The translations under genes and the position numbers were made by a program. From a virus, in the IMG/VR virus record IMGVR_UViG_3300021225_000287, positions 3,826 through 67,825 of that record: a stretch of DNA of 64,000 bases; one strand, 5' to 3'. The notes below the pieces were generated by a model that was given only the letters and a program-made list of their open reading frames with translations, had not been told where the DNA came from and ran no database searches. This document shows, one piece after another, positions 7,998 through 15,608 of the stretch; within the stretch, counting starts at the first letter, position 1; the number at the start of each line of letters is the position of its first letter.

Positions 7998-10666
7998 CGG
8001 TGGATCTGGAGACTTTTTACGACCGGGATTATTCCCTGTCCAAGCTGGCTACGGAAGGCTACGTTAACGACAAGCGATTTGAAGTGATCGGTGTTGGGGT
8101 GAAGGTAGGAGATGGCCCCACTGAAACTTGTACAGCGAACCGTAAGCAAACAGCCGAATGGCTGGACCGCTTCAACTGGGAGGACTCTTATGTCCTCTGC
8201 CATAACACACTTTTCGACGCCACGATTCTCTCGTGGAAGTTCGGAATCAAACCCAAGATGTGGCTGGACACCCTGTCCATGGCCCGCGCTCTGCACGGCA
8301 CGGAAGTCGGCGGATCGCTCAAAGCTCTGGCTGAATACTATGGTGTCGGTGAGAAAGGGACTGAGGTAATGAACGCGCTAGGTAAGCGCCGCATGCAGTT
8401 CAGGGAACCTGAGATCGAAGCATACATGCTGTACTGCAAGAACGATGTGGATCTGACCTACGAGATATTTAAGCGAATGGCCCCGCACTTTAATAAGGCC
8501 GAGATTAAATTAATCGATATGACTATCCGCATGCATACCGAGCCGAAGATGCTGCTGGATCAACAGGTGTTGAAGGATCATCTGTACAACGTACGTACAA
8601 AGAAGGAAGAGCTGATGGCGAAGATCGCCACGGATAAATCCGAGCTCATGTCCAATCCGAAGTTTGCCGAGGCTCTTATAGCACTAGGTGTTACACCTCC
8701 GATGAAGACTTCTCTGCGCACGGGTAAGGAGACCTACGCCTTTGCCAAGTCGGATGAGGAAATGAAGGCGCTGCTGGAGCATGAAAACCCAGAGGTGCAG
8801 GCTCTGGTGGCTGCAAGGATCGGTGTGAAGTCTACGCTGGAAGAGACCCGCACTCAGCGGTTCATCGATATGGCTGACAGGTTCGGTAAGCTTCCAGTTC
8901 CCCTCAAGTATTATGGCGCCATGACAGGACGTTGGGCAGCTACGGATGGGACCAATCTTCAGAATATCCCTAGGGGTTCAGTACTCAAGGAAGCGATCAC
9001 AGCGCCTGAAGGGTGGAAGATTGTCGGTGCCGACTTGTCCAATATTGAACTGCGTGTGGGCCTGTATTTTGCGGGTCAGATCGACAAGCTGAATCTTCTG
9101 GCTAATGGGGTGGATCTCTATAAGGACTTTGCCTCCGCCGTGTTCGGCGTGGGCTACGACGATGTGGATGAGTATCAAAGATTTATTGGTAAGACTTGTG
9201 TTGCCCATGGAACTCCAGTATTATGTGATTCAGGATGGAAGCCAATCCAAAAGGTGACCATAAACGACAAATTATGGGATGGAGAAGAATGGGTATGCCA
9301 CCAAGGATTACAATCGAACGGTTACAAAGAAACATTGAGTCTCTGCGGGAGTTGGTTAACGCCGGATCATCTAGTGTGGTCAGGGACCCAGTGGTTGGAA
9401 AGTCAATCAGTGGTTTCAGACTCGTACATCCTCTCCCAAGTATTGGACACAGGAGCGGCAAACTTACCGTTACAGGCTACATACAAGGCCCCAGAGGGGG
9501 TGTCGCCTCCCTCATTGTACGATGTGACTGCGGATGCCCCGAATACACTGTGGACAAACATAATTTCAAGGATTTCAAAAGTACGCGGTGCTATCAATGC
9601 GCTAGGAAAGCGGGCGCGACTAAGCGATATTGGGCCTACGTTGAGGCCCTCCCTGACGACGACCATAGAAGACGCTTACTCAGCAGGCTTGCTTCGGCCA
9701 TTACCCGCTGCCATAGCCCTTCGTACCCACGGTATAAAGATTACGGAGGTCGAGGAATATTTGTCTGCAGTGAATGGCGAACTGACAAAGCGGCCTTCCT
9801 TACGTATGTACAGTCTCTGGACGGCTGGGATAATCCAGCGTTTGAAATGGACCGTATCGACAACAGCGGCGGCTATGCTCCGGGTAACATACGATTCGTC
9901 TCCCGATCCGATAATGCTAGAAACAAGCGCACTATTAGCCAACTGCAGGAAGAAATATCTCGTCTACGACTTGCTCTCAGCCGGGCCGAGACATAGGTTC
10001 ACTATCTTAACTGACGCGGGTCCCGTGATAGTGCATAACTGCCAGCTCTCATTGATTTACGGCACGGGACCCGGCAAGCTTCGTAATGCCATCAAGATGA
10101 TGTCAGGAAAAGACATCGGCGCGGATGAAGCCAAGCGTATCGTGGACATCTACCGTAGGGACTACTCGCGTGTGAAGGAGTCTTGGTATGAGGGCGATAA
10201 GATGCTCTACGCCATGCGGGATAACACAGCCGCTGTGTTCGGCGAAGTGCTTCCCCTGCCTGTACTGGGCTCCGCAGGTATCAGGCTTCCATCAGAACTG
10301 TTCCTCAAGTACCCGGACCTCAAGCAGCATGTGAACGAGATGCAGAGGAAAGAATGGAGCTATGCGCAGCGCAAGGAGAGGGTGCGTATTCACGGGCCTA
10401 AGACTTTTCAGAATACGATTCAGGCACTGGCTCGGTGTGTGATGGGCGAGTCGATGGTGCGCATTGCTAAGAGACTGCCTGTAGCCCTGACGATTCATGA
10501 TGCGGTGTACTGTATGGTGCCGGATCAGATTGTGGACAAGGCCAAGAGGTTCATTGTGCAGGAGTTGAAGCGTCCACCTGAGTGGGCCATTGACCTACCT
10601 CTGGATGCCGAAGTAGGAGCAGGACAGAGCCTTGCATTCAAGATGAAGAAACTGGAGGGAGTATGA
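7982..10666 (+). CDS. Family A DNA polymerase with 3'-5' exonuclease, interrupted by an intein
   Basis: Exo motifs DLET, HNTLFD, YCKND; TGRW; NLQNIP; motif A DLSNIELR; motif B RFIGKT|CQLSLIYG; motif C TIHDA. Confidence 0.92.
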   Translation: MPTIITVDLETFYDRDYSLSKLATEGYVNDKRFEVIGVGVKVGDGPTETCTANRKQTAEWLDRFNWEDSYVLCHNTLFDATILSWKFGIKPKMWLDTLSMARALHGTEVGGSLKALAEYYGVGEKGTEVMNALGKRRMQFREPEIEAYMLYCKNDVDLTYEIFKRMAPHFNKAEIKLIDMTIRMHTEPKMLLDQQVLKDHLYNVRTKKEELMAKIATDKSELMSNPKFAEALIALGVTPPMKTSLRTGKETYAFAKSDEEMKALLEHENPEVQALVAARIGVKSTLEETRTQRFIDMADRFGKLPVPLKYYGAMTGRWAATDGTNLQNIPRGSVLKEAITAPEGWKIVGADLSNIELRVGLYFAGQIDKLNLLANGVDLYKDFASAVFGVGYDDVDEYQRFIGKTCVAHGTPVLCDSGWKPIQKVTINDKLWDGEEWVCHQGLQSNGYKETLSLCGSWLTPDHLVWSGTQWLESQSVVSDSYILSQVLDTGAANLPLQATYKAPEGVSPPSLYDVTADAPNTLWTNIISRISKVRGAINALGKRARLSDIGPTLRPSLTTTIEDAYSAGLLRPLPAAIALRTHGIKITEVEEYLSAVNGELTKRPSLRMYSLWTAGIIQRLKWTVSTTAAAMLRVTYDSSPDPIMLETSALLANCRKKYLVYDLLSAGPRHRFTILTDAGPVIVHNCQLSLIYGTGPGKLRNAIKMMSGKDIGADEAKRIVDIYRRDYSRVKESWYEGDKMLYAMRDNTAAVFGEVLPLPVLGSAGIRLPSELFLKYPDLKQHVNEMQRKEWSYAQRKERVRIHGPKTFQNTIQALARCVMGESMVRIAKRLPVALTIHDAVYCMVPDQIVDKAKRFIVQELKRPPEWAIDLPLDAEVGAGQSLAFKMKKLEGV
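9197..10039 (+). mobile_element. Intein (281 aa) inserted in polymerase motif B
   Basis: Block A CVAHGTPV, block B LTPDHLVW, block F VYDLLSAGPRHRF, block G VIVHN followed by +1 Cys. Removing it restores GKT-CQLSLIYG. Confidence 0.9.
9235..9996 (+). CDS. HNH-type homing endonuclease encoded in an alternative frame entirely inside the intein
   Basis: GKLTV...VRCDCG, STRCYQC, RCHSPSYPRYKDYGGRGIFVCSEW, EMDRIDNSGGYAPGNIRFVSRSDNARN. GGAG at 9281-9284 precedes in-frame ATGs at 9289 and 9295. Confidence 0.85.
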   Translation: MEANPKGDHKRQIMGWRRMGMPPRITIERLQRNIESLRELVNAGSSSVVRDPVVGKSISGFRLVHPLPSIGHRSGKLTVTGYIQGPRGGVASLIVRCDCGCPEYTVDKHNFKDFKSTRCYQCARKAGATKRYWAYVEALPDDDHRRRLLSRLASAITRCHSPSYPRYKDYGGRGIFVCSEWRTDKAAFLTYVQSLDGWDNPAFEMDRIDNSGGYAPGNIRFVSRSDNARNKRTISQLQEEISRLRLALSRAET

Positions 10667-11085
10667 CCAGACCTTTATACGAAAAGAAAGAACATCGTGA
10701 GTCTGCCTACAAGGCGGCCATGGAGATTGAAGATAAGACTTCTGCCAAGGTGGAGATGGGGCCGCCTATGGCACATTGGGATTTCATCATTCATGCGAAG
10801 AACAAGCCTGTAGCGATTGCCGACTTCAAGGAACGGTACAACACGCACGACAAGTACAAGACCTACTTCGTTTCTGAGAAGCGGGTGAAGAACCTGCTGA
10901 ATGAAGCGGTGGAACGTAACCTTAAACCTGTCCTGTTCGTGCGATGGACTGACGGCCTTCGGTGGTTGCAGATTGCTCCCAATGCGCATGTTGACCGCAC
11001 CATAGGTGGAAGGTACGACCGGGGTGACGCAGCCGATGTGGAGTACATGCTTCACTATTGGTCAAAAGATTTCCAGAGCGTATAA
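10663..11085 (+). CDS. PD-(D/E)XK-like nuclease fold protein
   Basis: WDFII...AIADFKER pattern; ATGA overlap with the polymerase gene. Confidence 0.55.
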   Translation: MTRPLYEKKEHRESAYKAAMEIEDKTSAKVEMGPPMAHWDFIIHAKNKPVAIADFKERYNTHDKYKTYFVSEKRVKNLLNEAVERNLKPVLFVRWTDGLRWLQIAPNAHVDRTIGGRYDRGDAADVEYMLHYWSKDFQSV

Positions 11086-11113
11086 TAGGGCTTTCCATCT
11101 TCAGGGATGAGTT

Positions 11114-11791
11114 ATGAGCCGGACGCCCGGACCATGGAGCTATAGCTCCCTCAAGTTATTTGAGCAGTGCCCTCGACGCTATCAGGCGGAGAAGGTCACC
11201 AAGGAAGTGCCTTTTTCACAGAATGAAGCTGCCCTATATGGGGAGCAACTGCATAAGGCCGCGGAAGAATACATTCGTGATGGCAAGCCGATTGATCCGA
11301 GGTTTGATTTCATCAAGCCTTATCTAGATAAGCTCAATGCCATTGAAGGTGCAAAGTTTTGTGAGATGAAGTTGGGGGTGAAACGTGTGGAAGGACGATT
11401 GGCTCCTTGTGACTTTTTCGATTCCGATGTTTGGTTTCGTGGCGTGGCTGATTTGGTTATCCTCGATGGGGACCGGGCTTGGGTAGTGGACTATAAGTCA
11501 GGTAAAAGCGCCAAGTATGCGGATACCCGGCAGCTTGCCTTGATGGCGGCGGCATTGTTCTTGAAGTATCCTGAGATCAAGAAGATCAAAACTTCTTTGC
11601 TGTTCGTAGTGTCCAAGGAGTTTGTTAAGGAAGATTTCGAGAAGGAATACGGCCTTAGCGTATTTGCTGAATTAAATGGACTGCTGGCCGCACGGGATGC
11701 AGCATACGAGGCTGATGTATGGAATCCGAGACCTAACGGTCTGTGCCGTAAGTGGTGCCCCGTTAAGTCCTGTGCGCATTGCGGAGAATAA
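11114..11791 (+). CDS. PD-(D/E)XK (Cas4/RecB-like) exonuclease
   Basis: WSYSSLKLFEQCP, G..LH, RGVADLV..VVDYKSGK, C-terminal CRKWCPVKSC. Confidence 0.85.
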   Translation: MSRTPGPWSYSSLKLFEQCPRRYQAEKVTKEVPFSQNEAALYGEQLHKAAEEYIRDGKPIDPRFDFIKPYLDKLNAIEGAKFCEMKLGVKRVEGRLAPCDFFDSDVWFRGVADLVILDGDRAWVVDYKSGKSAKYADTRQLALMAAALFLKYPEIKKIKTSLLFVVSKEFVKEDFEKEYGLSVFAELNGLLAARDAAYEADVWNPRPNGLCRKWCPVKSCAHCGE

Positions 11792-11793
11792 TG

Positions 11794-12069
11794 ATGCCTA
11801 GAGTACCCCCATCAAAGCGTGATTACGATCACGAACGTGCGTTGGAAAAGAAGAAGCCCGGTGCTTTTGAAGCACGGATGGAACGTCAGCGCGCACGCAG
11901 GGCGCTGGACAAGAAGGGTGTAGATCGTTCGGGAAAGGATGTAGCCCATGTGAAATCTCTTGCTCGTGGTGGCAGCAACGCAGATGGCGTGAAGCTAGAA
12001 AGCCCGAAGAAGAACAGGACCTTTGCTCGACTGTCGAGCGGCAAGCCTAAGAGCAAGTATGATACTTAA
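11794..12069 (+). CDS. Small HNH-like endonuclease
   Basis: GKDVAHVKSLARGGSN...ESPKKNR is a degenerate HNH motif. Confidence 0.55.
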   Translation: MPRVPPSKRDYDHERALEKKKPGAFEARMERQRARRALDKKGVDRSGKDVAHVKSLARGGSNADGVKLESPKKNRTFARLSSGKPKSKYDT

Positions 12070-12289
12070 AACAAGGGCGATCAGGGATCTTGCACGCGAT
12101 TGTGACTTGCCTGATCATGTGATTGACCAGTACTTTGACGAGCTGACCAAGTTCGTCTGGCGTATTGCCAAGAAAGAACGCGCCTATTGCCAGACCAAGA
12201 TTCGCGGCTGGGTGTTTAATTATGACATCGGCAAGCCACCGATTCTTGAGATACTGAAGGATGAGGAGGATGAGTACGAGTTACTCTAG
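12059..12289 (+). CDS. Hypothetical protein
   Basis: ORF in the replication operon. Confidence 0.5.
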   Translation: MILKTRAIRDLARDCDLPDHVIDQYFDELTKFVWRIAKKERAYCQTKIRGWVFNYDIGKPPILEILKDEEDEYELL

Positions 12290-12350
12290 CTAATTTGGTT
12301 TGGTCTATGGAGTTCGCCGCGCCTAATGCGGTAGTAAAAAAGGAGAAACG

Positions 12351-13922
12351 ATGGAGATCGTACAAAATCGTGCGGTGCTCGTGAACACGCGCAAACCACA
12401 CTTGATAACAGAAGTAGTTGAGAAGGCTGCCGTAGTCAAACAAGTTCCGCTGCCCAATGGGCAGGTGGGTTCTACCGTAGCTGTGCCGTGGACTCTGAGG
12501 CACACAAAGATCCTGCATAACCTCGGGTTCAAGAAGGTGCCTTCCCCGATCACGGGGAAGTATGAATGGCCGGGTCTCTATAAACCTTTCTCGCACCAGC
12601 GAGATACGGCAGCGTTCCTTACGCTACACCCAAGAGCCTTTTGCCTGAATGATATGGGCACCGGCAAGACTTGCTCTGTTGCATGGGCTGCGGATTATCT
12701 GATGAACCTTGGGGTTATCAAGCGCGTGCTGATTGTGGCGCCTCTGTCTATTATGGACTGTGCGTGGCGCTCTGACCTCTTCAAAACGCTGATGCACCGT
12801 AGGGTAGATATCGCTCATGGCAGTGCAGCCAAGCGCCGTGCAGTCATTGCTTCTGATGCTGAGTTTGTCATCATTAACTATGATGGCATTGAGATCGTGC
12901 ATAAAGAACTGGTGGATGCGAAGTTTGATCTCATCGTGTGTGATGAAGGGTCAAAATTAAAGAACCAGCAGACCAAGCGTTGGAAGCTGATGAACCAGCT
13001 AGTGCGCCCGGAAACATGGCTGTGGCTTCTGACAGGTACACCTGCGGCGCAGTCTCCTGATGAAGCCTATGGTCTGGCTAGACTGGTCAATCCGCAGGGC
13101 GTACCTAGGTTCTATGGATCATTCCGTGATCAGGTCATGCTGAAGGTTTCACAGTTTCGATATGTTCCACGACCCGAAGCTCAGAGCATCGTGCATAAGG
13201 CCTTGCAGCCTGCGATCCGCTTCACCAAGGAAGAGTGCCTTGATCTTCCCGAGATGACCTATGTGGATCGTGTGGTTCCGTTGACTGCACAGCAGGCCAA
13301 ATACTATGAGAAACTCAAGGCACAGTTGCTGATTCAAGCGGCGGGTGAAGAGATAAGCGCAATAAATGCAGCGGTTGAAATGAATAAGCTTTTGCAGGTG
13401 TCGAGCGGCAATGTGTATAGCGATACTGGAGCGGTAGTCGAGTTCGACTGCACGAACCGATTGAATGAACTGAAAGAGATCATCGAGCAGGCCAGCCATA
13501 AAACGCTCGTTTTTGCTAACTTCACACACAGCATTGACACTATTCAGGCGTTTTTATCTAAACACGGTATCACTAATGACACGATCAACGGCTCCGTCTC
13601 CCTGCGCAAACGCTCAGAGCTGATAGAACGATTCCAAAAAACCGACGAGATTCAAGTGCTGGTCATTCAGCCCCAAGCCGCTTCGCATGGGATCACCCTG
13701 CATGCAGCCAACACCGTAATTTGGTGGAGCCCTATACCCAGCCTTGAATACTACCTGCAGGCCAATGCTAGGGTGCATCGAGCGGGGCAGAAGAACCCCT
13801 GCACCGTAGTCCACCTCATGGGGTCCGGCGTAGAAAAGCAGATGTACAAGCGCCTTCAAGGAAAGAAGGACGATCAGGAGAGCCTACTCGCCATGTACAA
13901 AAATGTGATCGGACTGACTTGA
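12351..13922 (+). CDS. SNF2-family (SF2) helicase
   Basis: DMGTGKT, VCDEG, LTGTP, HGITL, QANARVHRAGQ. Confidence 0.9.
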   Translation: MEIVQNRAVLVNTRKPHLITEVVEKAAVVKQVPLPNGQVGSTVAVPWTLRHTKILHNLGFKKVPSPITGKYEWPGLYKPFSHQRDTAAFLTLHPRAFCLNDMGTGKTCSVAWAADYLMNLGVIKRVLIVAPLSIMDCAWRSDLFKTLMHRRVDIAHGSAAKRRAVIASDAEFVIINYDGIEIVHKELVDAKFDLIVCDEGSKLKNQQTKRWKLMNQLVRPETWLWLLTGTPAAQSPDEAYGLARLVNPQGVPRFYGSFRDQVMLKVSQFRYVPRPEAQSIVHKALQPAIRFTKEECLDLPEMTYVDRVVPLTAQQAKYYEKLKAQLLIQAAGEEISAINAAVEMNKLLQVSSGNVYSDTGAVVEFDCTNRLNELKEIIEQASHKTLVFANFTHSIDTIQAFLSKHGITNDTINGSVSLRKRSELIERFQKTDEIQVLVIQPQAASHGITLHAANTVIWWSPIPSLEYYLQANARVHRAGQKNPCTVVHLMGSGVEKQMYKRLQGKKDDQESLLAMYKNVIGLT

Positions 13923-13946
13923 CAAGTTGTACAAAGTAGATAAACT
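13919..13946 (+). promoter_or_regulatory. Putative sigma70 promoter
   Basis: TTGACA-16 nt-TAAACT upstream of the gene at 13990. Confidence 0.5.
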
Positions 13947-13989
13947 AACCCTACCTCGCCAATGTGGTGAGAGCATTTTGGAGCTAACG

Positions 13990-14370
13990 ATGGAAATCAA
14001 TTCTGAAAAACTGGTAGCGATCTACCAGAAGATGTCAGCCAAGCTATCTGAGCTTGAGCGCCAGCAGGACGAGATTAAGGCCCAGCGCAAGATGGTGTCC
14101 GATCAGCTTCTTGAGATCCTCAAGGAGAACGGCGCCGAGAGCATGCGGACTGCCTCTGGAACTTTCTACCGTACGGTGCGCCCGCGCTATACCACGACTG
14201 ACTGGGACAGCATGTACAAGTTCATCAAAGAGCATGACGCCTTTCACCTCATGCAGCAGCGTATTCATGACACCAACATGAAGACCTTTCTTGAAGAGAA
14301 CCCAGACATGCTCCCGCCGGGGCTTAACAGTTTGAGTTCGTATACCGTTGGCGTTCGCAAAGCGCGATAG
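13990..14370 (+). CDS. Conserved phage replication-module protein (coiled-coil)
   Basis: GGAG RBS; SMRTASGTFYR...DWDSMYKFI...PPGL family, typically next to SSB-like genes. Confidence 0.7.
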   Translation: MEINSEKLVAIYQKMSAKLSELERQQDEIKAQRKMVSDQLLEILKENGAESMRTASGTFYRTVRPRYTTTDWDSMYKFIKEHDAFHLMQQRIHDTNMKTFLEENPDMLPPGLNSLSSYTVGVRKAR

Positions 14371-14611
14371 GAGGATCGATGTGATTGACGAAGAAAATGT
14401 CCCGGCCTATGATGAGCCCCTTGCCGAGGATGACCCGTGGTTGACCACGAGTGAAGTGATGGGGCTACTCAATGTGAGCCGCTCAACGCTAAGCAATTGG
14501 CGTAAAACTGGGCGACTCCAAGCCTACCGTGTGGGTCTCCGCGCGGTTCGTTACAAACAATCTGATCTGGCTGAGTTTGTCAGCCAAGCTAATACCATTA
14601 AGAGGATTTAA
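14348..14611 (+). CDS. Excisionase-like/MerR-type HTH DNA-binding protein
   Basis: WLTTSEVMGLLNVSRSTLSNWRKTGRLQAYRVG..VRY. The start may be GTG 14381. Confidence 0.75.
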   Translation: MAFAKRDRRIDVIDEENVPAYDEPLAEDDPWLTTSEVMGLLNVSRSTLSNWRKTGRLQAYRVGLRAVRYKQSDLAEFVSQANTIKRI

Positions 14612-14613
14612 CC

Positions 14614-15552
14614 ATGTCTAATGATTTGACTTTATTCCGCGACAAAAATGTCGCTATCCCGGCTCACATCACTCGCGGCGTCGATGCTCTTACCAAGTCT
14701 CTTATGGGCGGAGGTTCTGTCGGCAAACGTATCTCTATCATGGGCGGCGTGTGGCGCATGATTGTTGGCGGTGAAGAGATCGCCAAGGTCGAAGATCGTA
14801 ACCTCGATGTAGTGATCGTGAACGCTGCGGCCAAGAGCAGCCGTACCTATTACAAAGGCGCGTACTCTGAAGAAACCAAGGGTCAGTTGCCGACCTGCTG
14901 GTCTAACGATGGTGTTAAGCCGGACCCCAAGGCTGAAGCACCGCAGTCAAGCGCATGCGCTACCTGCCCTATGAATGTTGCCGGATCTGGTCAGGGTACA
15001 TCTCGCGCCTGCCGTTTCAGCCGCCGTCTGGCTATTGTTCTGGCTAATGATGTCGAGAACAGCGAAGTGTTCCAGCTTGTGCTTCCGGCGCAGTCTATTT
15101 TTGGTAAGGCCGATGGCGGCAAAATGCCTCTGGAAGCCTACGCCAAGTTCATTGGTGGCCACGGCCTGAGCATCAGTTCTGTTGTTACCGAGCTCAAGTT
15201 CGATACGGCATCGGCTACGCCTAAGATCATTTTCCGCGCAGTGCGCCCGTTGACCGAAGATGAGATGGAGGTAGCGATTGAAAAGGGTCAGAGTCAGGAT
15301 GCGGTACAAGCCATTACTTACAATCCTGCGCAGACCGATAGGACCGGAACAGCTCCGGCGGCTAAACCTGTTCCTAAGGCTGAAGCAGAACCACCCGTCT
15401 TTCGTGATGCCCCCGCACCTAAGGCCGAACCCAAGGAAAAGGTTGTTGCGGCCCCGGAAGCTGAAGAACCAGTGGTTCGAGCTAAGGCGAAGGCAGAACC
15501 TGCTAAGGATCTCGAAGATGTCCTAAGTGCATGGGGCGATGATGACGAATAA
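14614..15552 (+). CDS. Putative single-stranded DNA-binding protein
   Basis: PTCWSNDG, CATCPMN, ACRFSRRLA; Pro/Ala/Glu linker and acidic tail WGDDDE; lies between helicase and primase. Confidence 0.6.
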   Translation: MSNDLTLFRDKNVAIPAHITRGVDALTKSLMGGGSVGKRISIMGGVWRMIVGGEEIAKVEDRNLDVVIVNAAAKSSRTYYKGAYSEETKGQLPTCWSNDGVKPDPKAEAPQSSACATCPMNVAGSGQGTSRACRFSRRLAIVLANDVENSEVFQLVLPAQSIFGKADGGKMPLEAYAKFIGGHGLSISSVVTELKFDTASATPKIIFRAVRPLTEDEMEVAIEKGQSQDAVQAITYNPAQTDRTGTAPAAKPVPKAEAEPPVFRDAPAPKAEPKEKVVAAPEAEEPVVRAKAKAEPAKDLEDVLSAWGDDDE

Positions 15553-15567
15553 GTTCTAGCCTGTACA

Positions 15568-15596
15568 AGGGGCGGTGCATGCCGCCCCTAACTTTT
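15568..15596 (+). terminator. Hairpin terminator/attenuator between the SSB-like gene and the primase
   Basis: AGGGGCGGT-GCAT-GCCGCCCCT followed by AACTTTT. Confidence 0.5.
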
Positions 15597-15608
15597 GAGG
15601 AGACTAAG

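Noticed and set aside
9197-10039. Frameshift/assembly error or RNA intron explaining the nested HNH ORF
   Set aside because: The polymerase frame is uninterrupted and complete intein blocks A, B, F and G flank the insert. No group I or II intron core was recognised.
11114-11791. cas4 of a CRISPR-Cas system
   Set aside because: A solo Cas4-like exonuclease is normal in phage replication modules; no other cas genes or array.
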